Part shown: in pieces, positions 50,902-59,512 of the stretch
Layout: each line of letters begins with the position of its first letter
Position numbering within the stretch: position 1 is the stretch's first letter
DNA from: Acidimicrobiia bacterium
Lineage (GTDB): Bacteria > Actinomycetota > Acidimicrobiia > IMCC26256 > JACDBD01
Length of the DNA: 63,374 nucleotides
Assembly (NCBI GenBank): GCA_035316025.1
Contig: DATFXL010000110.1
Coordinates: 1-63,374 of the forward strand
Reading direction: 5' to 3'
Translations under genes and position numbers: made by a program
Notes under the pieces: model-generated
Told to the model about the DNA's origin: nothing
Databases searched by the model: none
What the model saw: only the letters and a program-made list of their open reading frames with translations

Positions 50902-51824
50902 GCTCAGGTCCGGCTCTGCTCCTCATCGGCCACGGCAGCCGCTCCGTCGCCGGCGTCGAGGAGTACTGGCAGTTCGCGGACGTGCTGCGAGGTGCGGCGA
51001 AGGGTCTCGAGATCGGGTGCGGGTTCATCGAGCTGGCCGAGCCCGACCTGGACACTGCCATCGATGCGCTCGTCGGTCGGGGCGTGACGTCGATCGGCGC
51101 CGTCCCGCTCGTCCTGCTCGGAGCCGGGCACATGAAGAACGACGGGCCCGCCGCGCTCGAACGCGGGCGCCGCCGCCATCAGAGCGTGAGGTTCGAGTAC
51201 GGGCGCGCGCTCGGCATCCATCCACTGGTGCTCGCGCTCGCGGAGGAGCGCATCCGCGCCGCCGTTGGTGCCGGCGATCCCGGCAGGCTCGCGGTCGTGC
51301 TCGTCGGCCGTGGTTCCAGCGACCCCGACGCCAACGCCGACCTGTACAAGGTCGGGCGGCTGCTCCAGGACTCGCGCGGCCTGGGGTTCGTCGAGCCGGC
51401 GTTCGTTTCCCTCGCGCCGCCGTCAGTGCCCCAGGCGCTCGAACGCTGCCGCCGCCTCGGCGCGACCACCATTGCGGTCGTCCCGTACTTCCTCTTCACC
51501 GGGATCCTGGTGGACCGCATCCACGCCCAGGCCGACGTGTGGGCAGCCGAGCACCCGGGAATGGCCGTACGTCACGGCGCCCACCTCGGCCCGGACCCGC
51601 GCCTCGCGGAGCTGGTTCTCCAGCGCCATCGAGAGGCGATCGAGGGGGAGGCCCGCATGAACTGCGACTGCTGTGTCTACCGGATCGCGATCCCCGGGTA
51701 CGAGGGGCAAGTCGGGCAGCCGACGCCACTGCACGCCCACTCCCACAGCCACGGTCACGACCATTCCCACCACAGTGGGATACCCGTCCCCGAGCCCATG
51801 GGAGGAGGTGAGCACCTTGGGTGA
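50898..51824 (+). CDS. cbiX: Sirohydrochlorin cobaltochelatase, long CbiX type with Cys motif and His tail
   Basis: IGHGSR, FIELAEP, GHMKNDGP, GRGSSDPDAN, PYFLFTG, MNCDCCVYR, HAHSHSHGHDHSHH. Confidence 0.92.
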   Translation: MSSGPALLLIGHGSRSVAGVEEYWQFADVLRGAAKGLEIGCGFIELAEPDLDTAIDALVGRGVTSIGAVPLVLLGAGHMKNDGPAALERGRRRHQSVRFEYGRALGIHPLVLALAEERIRAAVGAGDPGRLAVVLVGRGSSDPDANADLYKVGRLLQDSRGLGFVEPAFVSLAPPSVPQALERCRRLGATTIAVVPYFLFTGILVDRIHAQADVWAAEHPGMAVRHGAHLGPDPRLAELVLQRHREAIEGEARMNCDCCVYRIAIPGYEGQVGQPTPLHAHSHSHGHDHSHHSGIPVPEPMGGGEHLG

Positions 51825-52002
51825 GACGTTCGAGCTCGAAAGGGTCAAGGTCCCCGGCTGGACCTGGCTGCTCGTCGCGTTGTTGATCTTCGCCGTGTAC
51901 CTGATCACGTCGGAGAACGGCGCCGCGCTCGGGAGCCTGGCGCACCGGCTGCACGAGTTCTTCCACGACTCGCGGCACTTCCTCGGCGTGCCCTGTCACT
52001 GA
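51817..52002 (+). CDS. cbtB: Cobalt transporter subunit CbtB
   Basis: One TM helix plus C-terminal LHEFFHDSRHFLGVPCH; start may be GTG at 51808. Confidence 0.88.
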   Translation: MGETFELERVKVPGWTWLLVALLIFAVYLITSENGAALGSLAHRLHEFFHDSRHFLGVPCH

Positions 52003-52022
52003 GTCACCGGAGAGGAGAGCCC

Positions 52023-52745
52023 ATGTTGGGCAGCTTCATGCGCCGAGGGGTGATCGCCGGCCTGGCCGGGGGAGCAGCGAGCTCGCTGTTCCTCCTGCTG
52101 GTCGGTGAGCGCACCATCGGCGACGCCATTCGCCTGGAGGAGAAGCACGGAGGGGGCGGACAAGAGCTGTACACACGCGGCACGCAGATCTTCGGGGGTG
52201 CGCTCGGCGTGATCCTGGTCAGCGTCGCGCTCGGCGTGGTGTTCGCGACGACGTTCGCGGCGGTGCGTCACCGGCTTCCGGGCCGGAACGACTGGCAGCG
52301 CTCGGTCACCTGGGCGGCGACCGCGTTCGTCGTCGTGTATCTCGTGCCGTTCCTCAAGTACCCGCCGAACCCGCCGGCGGTCGGCGATCCGAACACGATC
52401 GACGAGCGGACGATCCTGTACTTCGCCGTGCTCGCGTGGTCGATCGGCGCCGCGTTCCTCGCGTTGCGGCTCGGTCGATGGATGCGGACGCGGCAGCACC
52501 CCGACCCGGCGCGGCAGACCGCGGTTGCCGCGGTGTGGATCGGGCTGGTCGCGGTCGGGTTCATCGTGCTCCCGGGATCTCCGGACGCCGTGACGGCTCC
52601 GGCCACGTTGATCTGGCGGTTCCGGGTCGCGAGTGCCGGCGGCGCCCTGGCACTCTGGAGTGTCACCGGGGTGGTCTTCGGCATGCTGTCGCTGACCGCG
52701 GCGAGGAGAACGGAACGAGCCCGGAGCGAGGTGGAGACGGGGTGA
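52023..52745 (+). CDS. cbtA: Cobalt transporter subunit CbtA
   Basis: RGVIAGLAGG, AIRLEE, PFLKYPPNPPAVG, LIWRFRVAS. Confidence 0.9.
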   Translation: MLGSFMRRGVIAGLAGGAASSLFLLLVGERTIGDAIRLEEKHGGGGQELYTRGTQIFGGALGVILVSVALGVVFATTFAAVRHRLPGRNDWQRSVTWAATAFVVVYLVPFLKYPPNPPAVGDPNTIDERTILYFAVLAWSIGAAFLALRLGRWMRTRQHPDPARQTAVAAVWIGLVAVGFIVLPGSPDAVTAPATLIWRFRVASAGGALALWSVTGVVFGMLSLTAARRTERARSEVETG

Positions 52746-52755
52746 CGTCCGAGTC

Positions 52756-53652
52756 GTGAGCGCGGTGGTCGCGGGGGCAGCGGGGCTGGAGATCGGCCTC
52801 GTCGCGACCGCCGTCGCGCTCGGGTTCCGTCACGGGTTCGACTGGGATCACGTTGCCGCCCTGAGCGACATCGCCGCCTCACAGCACAGCCGCCGCCGTT
52901 CGATGGCGTTGGCCACGTTGTACGCGCTGGGGCACGCCACCGTCGCGTTCGCGATCGGGGCCGCGGTCATCCTGGCTTCGGCACGCCTGCCCGAGTCCGT
53001 TGGCGACGCGATGGAGCGGCTGGTCGGCGTGACCCTGATCGCGCTCGGCTTCTCGGTGATCGTGTCGACCGTGCGGCACGGGGGGAGCACGCGCCTCCCG
53101 AGCCGGGGTGCGGTGCTGGTCGCCGGCCTCCGGCGCCTCCGGCGGCGTCGGCCGGCGCCGCTGGTGATCGAGCACGACCACGAGCACGCGGCGGGGGAGC
53201 ACCACCACGACGGCGACCACCACGATGACCACGAGCACGTGCGCCTACCCGAGGCCGTTGGCGCCGGCGGGGGCACGGTCACGACCAGGCACCACCACCG
53301 CCACCGGCACGTCGGCGCGATGCCCGACGATCCCCTCCCGAATTACGGGGGCGGTGTCGCCGTCGGCATCGGGATGATCCACGGCATCGGGTTCGAGACT
53401 CCGACTCAGGCGCTCGTGTTCGTCACCGCCGCCGGTGCCGGCAGCCGGGCCGCGGGCCTGCTCGTGTTGGCCTGCTTCCTGCTCGGGCTCCTCGCCGCCA
53501 ACACGGTCGTCGCGACGGCCAGCACGTTCGGCCTGACCGGTGCCCGCTCGCGAGCCCGGCTCTCCACGATCGTGTCGCTCGTGGCCGCCGCCGCCAGCCT
53601 GGCGCTCGGATTGCTGTACGTGTTCGGCAAGGGCGACGTCATGCCGGGTTAG
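52756..53652 (+). CDS. NiCoT/HoxN-like nickel-cobalt transporter with His-rich loop
   Basis: LGFRHGFDWDHVAA, YALGH, His-rich loop, GMIHGIGFETPTQ. Confidence 0.85.
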   Translation: MSAVVAGAAGLEIGLVATAVALGFRHGFDWDHVAALSDIAASQHSRRRSMALATLYALGHATVAFAIGAAVILASARLPESVGDAMERLVGVTLIALGFSVIVSTVRHGGSTRLPSRGAVLVAGLRRLRRRRPAPLVIEHDHEHAAGEHHHDGDHHDDHEHVRLPEAVGAGGGTVTTRHHHRHRHVGAMPDDPLPNYGGGVAVGIGMIHGIGFETPTQALVFVTAAGAGSRAAGLLVLACFLLGLLAANTVVATASTFGLTGARSRARLSTIVSLVAAAASLALGLLYVFGKGDVMPG

Positions 53653-53696
53653 GGAGAACGCCGCTCGCGCGGCCGCCTCCGGTACGGTTTCGGACG

Positions 53697-54599
53697 ATGG
53701 CGACCCGCACACGATCGTTCGGCGCCGGCAATCGCGAGTCGCACGACGCCGCTCCGTTCTACGAGCGGTTCACGGCGCCCGAGCTGTCGAACGACGACAC
53801 CGTAAACCCGTGCCGGATCGCCGACTCGATCGTCTGCGGCGACGCCCGTGACATGAAGGCGGTCGACGACTACTCCATCGCGTTGGTGGTCACGTCACCG
53901 CCATACTTCGCCGGCAAGGAGTACGAAGCCGCCCTCGGCGAAGGACACGTGCCCGGCTCGTACCTCGAGTACCTCGCGATGCTGCGCGACGTGTTCGCCG
54001 AGTGTCGCCGCGTGCTCGAACCCGGCGGTCGCATCGCCGTGAACGTCGCGAACCTCGGGCGCAAGCCGTACCGATCGCTCGCCGGCGACGTGGTGCGCAT
54101 CCTGCAGGACGATCTCGCGCTCCTCCTTCGGGGCGAGATCATCTGGCAGAAGGCGCGCGGCGCGACGGGGTCGATCGCGGTCGGGTCGTACCTCTCGGCC
54201 GCGAATCCCGTGCTGCGCGATGTCACCGAGCGCGTCGTCGTAGCCAGTAAGGGTCGCTTCGATCGTGCTGTCAGCCGGGCGGATCGGGAGCAGCGAGGTC
54301 TGCCGTTCGAGAACACGATCTCGAAGGAGGAGTTCTTCGCGTCGACACTTGACGTGTGGGAGATCCGCCCCGAACACGCCCGGCGCGTCGGTCATCCTGC
54401 ACCGTTCCCGGTCGAGCTGCCCGAACGTCTCATCCAGCTCTACACGTATCGTGGCGATGTCGCGCTCGACCCGTTCCTCGGCTCCGGTTCGACGGCCGTT
54501 GCGGCCGTGCGTACCGACCGCCGGTACGTCGGCTACGACACCGACGCCGAGTACGTCGCCCTGGCCGAAGGGCGCATCGAAGACGAACACGCCGCCTGA
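53697..54599 (+). CDS. Site-specific DNA amino-methyltransferase, beta class (N4-mC likely)
   Basis: VTSPPY (motif IV) precedes HPAPFP and LDPFLGSGST (motif I). Confidence 0.9.
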   Translation: MATRTRSFGAGNRESHDAAPFYERFTAPELSNDDTVNPCRIADSIVCGDARDMKAVDDYSIALVVTSPPYFAGKEYEAALGEGHVPGSYLEYLAMLRDVFAECRRVLEPGGRIAVNVANLGRKPYRSLAGDVVRILQDDLALLLRGEIIWQKARGATGSIAVGSYLSAANPVLRDVTERVVVASKGRFDRAVSRADREQRGLPFENTISKEEFFASTLDVWEIRPEHARRVGHPAPFPVELPERLIQLYTYRGDVALDPFLGSGSTAVAAVRTDRRYVGYDTDAEYVALAEGRIEDEHAA

Positions 54600-54607
54600 C
54601 CCGGCGG

Positions 54608-55450
54608 ATGGAGATCCTGCTCGGAGCGCTCGTCGCGCTCGGCTACGGCAGCGGGGACTTCCTCGGCGGCATCTCGGCCAAGCGCCTCCCGACCGTGGTC
54701 GTGTTGCTCGGGTCGCAGGCGGTCGGTCTCGCGGCCGCGTTTCTCCTGGTCGTCGTGTTGCGTGACGCCGCCCCGGATACGCACATCTTCCTCCTGTCGG
54801 CGGCGGCCGGCGTCGTCGGAATCGCCGCCCTCGGAATGCTTTTTCAGGGTCTCGCCGTCGGCCGCATGAGCATCGTTGCGCCCCTGAGCGCGATCGGCGG
54901 CGGCCTGCTTCCGGTCGCCTGGGGTCTGCTGCGCGGCGAGCGCCCGTCGCCACTCGCGTTGGTGGGTGTCGCGCTCGCGCTCGTTGCGGCCGCAATCGTC
55001 GGACGCGGCGCCGAACACGATCCGGCTCGCTCGGTCTCGCCCCGAGTGGAGCTCGCGCTCGGCGTCGGCGCCGGGATCGGCTTCGGTGTCGTCTTCATCC
55101 TGCTCACCGAGGCGTCGAGCGGGTCGGGGATGTGGCCGATCTTCATCGCCCGATGCACGTCGGTGCCGCTCCTCGCCGTGATCGCGGCCGTCGTCGGCGC
55201 ATCGCCCCGGATGGTGCGCACTGACGTCGCGCCCGTCGCCGGCGCGGGATTGTGCGACGTGGGTGCGAACGCGCTGGTCCTGCTCGCGGTCCGGCGCGGG
55301 CTCGTGACGCTCGTCGCGCCGGTCGCGGCCCTCTATCCCGCGACGACCGTCCTGCTTGCCCGCGTCGTGCTGCACGAACGGATCGGCCGGCAGCGCGCAA
55401 GTGGCCTCGCCTTGGGCCTCCTTGGCCTCGCGTTGATCGCGACCCGCTGA
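54608..55450 (+). CDS. EamA/DMT family transporter
   Basis: About ten TM helices, GRMSIVAPLS, GERP, ALYPATTVLLARVVLHER. Confidence 0.88.
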   Translation: MEILLGALVALGYGSGDFLGGISAKRLPTVVVLLGSQAVGLAAAFLLVVVLRDAAPDTHIFLLSAAAGVVGIAALGMLFQGLAVGRMSIVAPLSAIGGGLLPVAWGLLRGERPSPLALVGVALALVAAAIVGRGAEHDPARSVSPRVELALGVGAGIGFGVVFILLTEASSGSGMWPIFIARCTSVPLLAVIAAVVGASPRMVRTDVAPVAGAGLCDVGANALVLLAVRRGLVTLVAPVAALYPATTVLLARVVLHERIGRQRASGLALGLLGLALIATR

Positions 55451-55586
55451 CTCAGGCGCGCCCGGGTTTTGCCGCCTCGAGCGAGACCCCGCTGAACCTC
55501 ATCCTCGAAGCGAGGGTCTGACCGGGAGAGAAGCTCGAGGGCCGGTGGCAGAGCACCGCCGCCGGCCCCGTACGATCGCGGGCGCC

Positions 55587-56351
55587 ATGCTCGGCGTCTC
55601 TCCCTCGAACGTCAACGTGCTGGTCGCCTTCGGGGGCGGGATCATCTCGTTCCTGTCGCCCTGCGTGCTCCCGATCGTGCCCGGCTACCTCAGTCTCGTC
55701 ACCGGCCTGACTCTCGGCGAGCTCGAATCGCCCGACGCCCGTCGCCTGACGCGCATCGCCATCAACACGGGCTTGTTCGTGCTCGGCTTCACGCTCGTGT
55801 TCGTCGCGCTGTTCCTGACGACCTGGTCGGTCAGCGACGTCGTCTTCCGCAACCAGGAGACGCTGACGCGCGTCTCCGGCGCGCTTGTGCTGCTCATGGC
55901 GCTGTACCTCGCGGGATCGCAACTGCTCACGACGCCGCGGCTGTACCAGGAGTTCCGCTTCCATCCCCATCTCGAGCGGTTCGGGCCCTTCGCCGCGCCC
56001 GTGGCCGGCGCCGCCTTTGGCCTCGGGTGGACGCCGTGCATCGGGCCGGTGCTCGCAGCGGTGCTCGCCGTCGCGTCGACCGAGGGCGACACCGCCCGCG
56101 GTGCGGCACTGCTCATCGCGTATTCGCTGGGGTTGGGGCTTCCGTTCCTGCTCGTCGGCCTGGGCGTGGGCCGGTTCGCACCCGCCCTCAACTGGGTGAA
56201 GCGCAACTCGCGTGTCATCACACTGGTGTCGGCGGCGCTGCTCGCGGTCTTCGGCGTGATCCTGCTCCTGGATCGCCTGCCGCTGGTGACGGCGCGCCTG
56301 CAGGACGCGCTCCGCGCCATCGGCCTCGCCCGGCTCGTCAACATCGGCTAA
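55587..56351 (+). CDS. ccdA: Cytochrome c biogenesis / thiol-disulfide transporter CcdA
   Basis: SFLSPCVLPIVPGYL, GWTPCIGPVL, YSLGLGLPF. Confidence 0.93.
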   Translation: MLGVSPSNVNVLVAFGGGIISFLSPCVLPIVPGYLSLVTGLTLGELESPDARRLTRIAINTGLFVLGFTLVFVALFLTTWSVSDVVFRNQETLTRVSGALVLLMALYLAGSQLLTTPRLYQEFRFHPHLERFGPFAAPVAGAAFGLGWTPCIGPVLAAVLAVASTEGDTARGAALLIAYSLGLGLPFLLVGLGVGRFAPALNWVKRNSRVITLVSAALLAVFGVILLLDRLPLVTARLQDALRAIGLARLVNIG

Positions 56352-56360
56352 TCAGGCGCC

Positions 56361-57137
56361 ATGGGGGACACGGTCCTGTACGAGCGCAACGGGCACGTCG
56401 CCACGATCACGTACAACCGCCCCGATGTCCGCAACGCCATCAACGCCGAGCTGCGCCGGGACCTCAACGCAACGTGGGAGCGGTTCCGAGACGACGAAGA
56501 TGCCTGGGTCGGCATCGTGACCGGCGCCGGCGAATCGTTCTGCGCCGGCGCCGACATGAAGGACGCGGGCGGCTCGGCGGGGAGCTGGCCGGGGTCGTAC
56601 TGGGAGATTCCCACGATCAACTCCTACGAATCGGGATTGGAGGTGTGGAAGCCGACGATCGCGGCCGTCAACGGCTACTGCCTCGGCTACGGCCTCACGC
56701 TCGTGACGCGTTGCGACTTCGTCATCGCCGCCGACGACGCTCAGTTCGGCTTCCCCGAGGTGCGTCTCGGCGTACCGACGATCGTCGGCGCCCTGCGGCT
56801 CCCCGATCGCGTCGGTTGGTCGAACGCGATGGAGCTGCTGCTGACGGGCGACCGCGTCGACGCCGGGCGCGCCCGCGACATCGGACTGGCGTGGAAAGTC
56901 GTGCCACAGGCCGAGCTCATGGACGAAGCCGACCGGCTCGCGAATCGCCTCCTCCAAGCCGCGCCGCTCGCCGCCCGCGCGACGAAAGAGGTCGCAGCGC
57001 GCGGCCGATACCTCCCTTGGACGGAGGCGGTGCGTTTCGGCGAGACCATGCGGCGCGTCGCCGCCGCCACCGACGACGCGTCCGAGGGGCTCGCCGCCGC
57101 GCGCGAGCGCCGCCCGCCGAGGTGGCGCGGCCGCTGA
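56361..57137 (+). CDS. Enoyl-CoA hydratase/isomerase
   Basis: NRPDVRNAIN, FCAGADM, KPTIAAVNG, FGFPEV. Confidence 0.92.
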   Translation: MGDTVLYERNGHVATITYNRPDVRNAINAELRRDLNATWERFRDDEDAWVGIVTGAGESFCAGADMKDAGGSAGSWPGSYWEIPTINSYESGLEVWKPTIAAVNGYCLGYGLTLVTRCDFVIAADDAQFGFPEVRLGVPTIVGALRLPDRVGWSNAMELLLTGDRVDAGRARDIGLAWKVVPQAELMDEADRLANRLLQAAPLAARATKEVAARGRYLPWTEAVRFGETMRRVAAATDDASEGLAAARERRPPRWRGR

Positions 57138-57140
57138 GGC

Positions 57141-58322
57141 CTAACCCGGTTTGACCCGGTACAGGGCCAGTGGTTCGTCGACGCCGCGCATCATCCGGAC
57201 GCCCAGCTCCTCGACCGGGATTCCTGCGTCGGTCGCGGACTTGGCGACGGGTTCCGTCATGAGGATCTGTCCCGCCATGGCCGAGCTCACGACCCGTGAG
57301 GCGACGTTCACCGCGCTCCCGACGTAGTCGCCCGTCCGGTACAGGACGGGGCCGGTGTTGATACCGACGCGAATCGCAGGGAGCTCCTGGTCGCGACCAA
57401 GGTCGACGTGCGTTGCGACCGCGAACTGCACGGCGTCGGCCGAATTGCGGAACACAAGCATGAATCCGTCACCGACATGCTTGACGAGCTTGCCGTCGTG
57501 TTCGACGAGCAAGGGCCGCACGGTGGCGTCGATCTGGTCGAGCACACGCATGGCGCTGTCGTCGCCGCTTACCTCGGCCAGCGCGGTGAACGATGCAATG
57601 TCGACGAAGGCGATCGTCGCCTCCACCGACCCGAGCTCCTTCGCTTGCGTTTCCGACTCCGCGAGATGGAAGAAGGCGTCCTCGATCATGGCTTCGAGGA
57701 GGTACTCGCTGTGCAGTTGCTGGATCATGGGGTTCATGAGGGGCGCAAGGTTTTGCTCGATGCCGGAGATGAGGCGCTCCACTTCGTCCTCCGAGGCGCC
57801 CGCTGCCATCAGCCGTTCATGGATGTAAACGTGGACGACCCTGATCTCGGTATCGGCGATCCGGCGGAGTGAGTCGCCGACGACGCGGGTGACGCCGAGG
57901 ATCGCCTCCCACGGAAGTCCGGCATCGCGCGCCACCCGAAGCATCTCGAGAATGTCCATGTCGGACCCGTGGAGACCGCTCCGCGAGAACCCGAGGGCTG
58001 ACCTGAGTTGCTGGACCTTGTCCGGCTCGAGCCCGGATCGCTCCGCCGCCTCCTCCAATGACAGCGGTGAGCCGGCTTCGAAGAGACGCCGTCCGTACAT
58101 CGATTCGACGCGGCCTTCGCGGATTGCGGCGGCCAGGCTCTCGGGATCGAACTCACCCTGCGCGAGCCGGTGGTACACGAAGTCGAGTCGGACCAGATCG
58201 ACGTCGTCGAGGAGACCGTCGTTCTCGGGGTCGAGGAGGCCCAGCGCCCGATACCGCTCGACCACATCGAGCGCCAGTCCGACGAGCTCTGCGAACTCCT
58301 CCGGGCTCATGGCCTGCCGCAT
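57141..58322 (-). CDS. Class III adenylate cyclase with N-terminal regulatory (MerR-HTH-like) region
   Basis: FVDIASFT, VKHVGDGFM, RVGINTG, GDYVGSAVNVASR. Confidence 0.9.
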   Translation of the reverse strand: MRQAMSPEEFAELVGLALDVVERYRALGLLDPENDGLLDDVDLVRLDFVYHRLAQGEFDPESLAAAIREGRVESMYGRRLFEAGSPLSLEEAAERSGLEPDKVQQLRSALGFSRSGLHGSDMDILEMLRVARDAGLPWEAILGVTRVVGDSLRRIADTEIRVVHVYIHERLMAAGASEDEVERLISGIEQNLAPLMNPMIQQLHSEYLLEAMIEDAFFHLAESETQAKELGSVEATIAFVDIASFTALAEVSGDDSAMRVLDQIDATVRPLLVEHDGKLVKHVGDGFMLVFRNSADAVQFAVATHVDLGRDQELPAIRVGINTGPVLYRTGDYVGSAVNVASRVVSSAMAGQILMTEPVAKSATDAGIPVEELGVRMMRGVDEPLALYRVKPG

Positions 58323-58337
58323 GACGCGAGCGTAGGC

Positions 58338-58958
58338 CTAGGTGCGGTCGACGGCGCCCTTCTGCGACGACCACCGCCACGTCGCCGAGATGCGCGGCCC
58401 GGCCCGCTTCACCTTGGGTACCCCGTGCTCCCAGTTGACCTGCGTCCGTCCGCCCATCACGAGCAGATCCCCCGACGCGGGGGAGATGTCACGCGACTTG
58501 CCCCCGCCCTTGGGGCGGATCAGGAACGGACGCTGCGCGCCGAGGGTGACGATCGCGATCAGCGTGTCGTCGAGATGACGGAGCTCGCGATCCCGGTGCG
58601 GCGCGACGCTGTCGCGCCCGTCACGGTAGTAGTTGAGCCCGATCCCGCCGAGCGGGACAGCGTAGTGCTCCTCGAGCGCCGACCGCACCGGTTCGAGCGC
58701 AGGGTGGGGGAGCGGGTCGTCGGCGCTGAACCAATGCGACAGGCGCGGGTCGTCGACCATCCGCTCGTACATCCAGCGTCGGTGCTGTTCCCAGTCGACG
58801 GTCTCGATCAACGCGTCCAGCAGCGTGTCGGAGCCGCGTAGCCATCCCCGCACGACGTCGACCCACGACTGCTCGTCGAGCTGCACGCGCTCGAACGGCA
58901 CGGTGGCGTCAACAGCCGGCTCACCGGCGCCGAGGAGGGAGGCTTGGTACGTGGTCAT
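58338..58958 (-). CDS. AlkB-like 2OG-Fe(II) dioxygenase
   Basis: LNYYRDGRDSVAPHRD, WEHGVPK, RISATWR. Confidence 0.9.
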   Translation of the reverse strand: MTTYQASLLGAGEPAVDATVPFERVQLDEQSWVDVVRGWLRGSDTLLDALIETVDWEQHRRWMYERMVDDPRLSHWFSADDPLPHPALEPVRSALEEHYAVPLGGIGLNYYRDGRDSVAPHRDRELRHLDDTLIAIVTLGAQRPFLIRPKGGGKSRDISPASGDLLVMGGRTQVNWEHGVPKVKRAGPRISATWRWSSQKGAVDRT

Positions 58959-59010
58959 GGGGACCACAAGTGTACTGTCGTCGAACACGCGTTCGTCCAA
59001 GGAGGTCGCC

Positions 59011-59511
59011 GTGGCCACGCCCATGCCGAGCCGGCCGCATATGCCGGGGTACGGGATCGTCGGGCCAGACGAGGGGCGGGGCCTGCTCCCGTGGTCGTGG
59101 GCCGAGGAGCGCCTCATGACGTCCCACGACTACTGGGTCGCCACCGCTCGCCCCGACGCGCGGCCGCACCTCATGCCGGTGTGGGGGGTCTGGGACGGCG
59201 GGGCACTCTGGTTCAGCAGCAGCCTTGCGTCACGCAAGGCGCGCAACCTCTCGGGTCGGCCCCGATGCTCGATCGCGACCGATAACGCGTGGGAGCCGGT
59301 CGTGCTCGAGGGCGTCGCCCGCGTCATCACCGACCACGACGCGCTGGTGCGCTTCATCTTGATGGTGAACGAGAAGTACGCCACGGATTACGGCGTCGAC
59401 TTCCTCGACCCCGCTGTCAACGCGACCTTCCGGGTCGAGCCGTCCTGGGTGTTCACTCTCACCGAGGACGACTTCACCGGCTCGCCGACCCGTTGGTCGT
59501 TCGAGCGCTGA
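59011..59511 (+). CDS. Pyridoxamine 5'-phosphate oxidase-family protein
   Basis: RPHMPGYG, LPWSWA, YWVATARPDARPHLMPVWGVW, SPTRW; SD AGGAGG. Confidence 0.85.
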   Translation: MATPMPSRPHMPGYGIVGPDEGRGLLPWSWAEERLMTSHDYWVATARPDARPHLMPVWGVWDGGALWFSSSLASRKARNLSGRPRCSIATDNAWEPVVLEGVARVITDHDALVRFILMVNEKYATDYGVDFLDPAVNATFRVEPSWVFTLTEDDFTGSPTRWSFER

Positions 59512-59512
59512 G

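Noticed and set aside
53697-55450. Restriction-modification or defence island
   Set aside because: Neighbours are a metal transporter and an EamA transporter; no nuclease or other defence gene seen
55451-55560. TPP riboswitch suggested by CTGAACCT
   Set aside because: Lacks the CTGAGA and TAAT...GCG.AGGGA elements; the downstream gene is unrelated to thiamine
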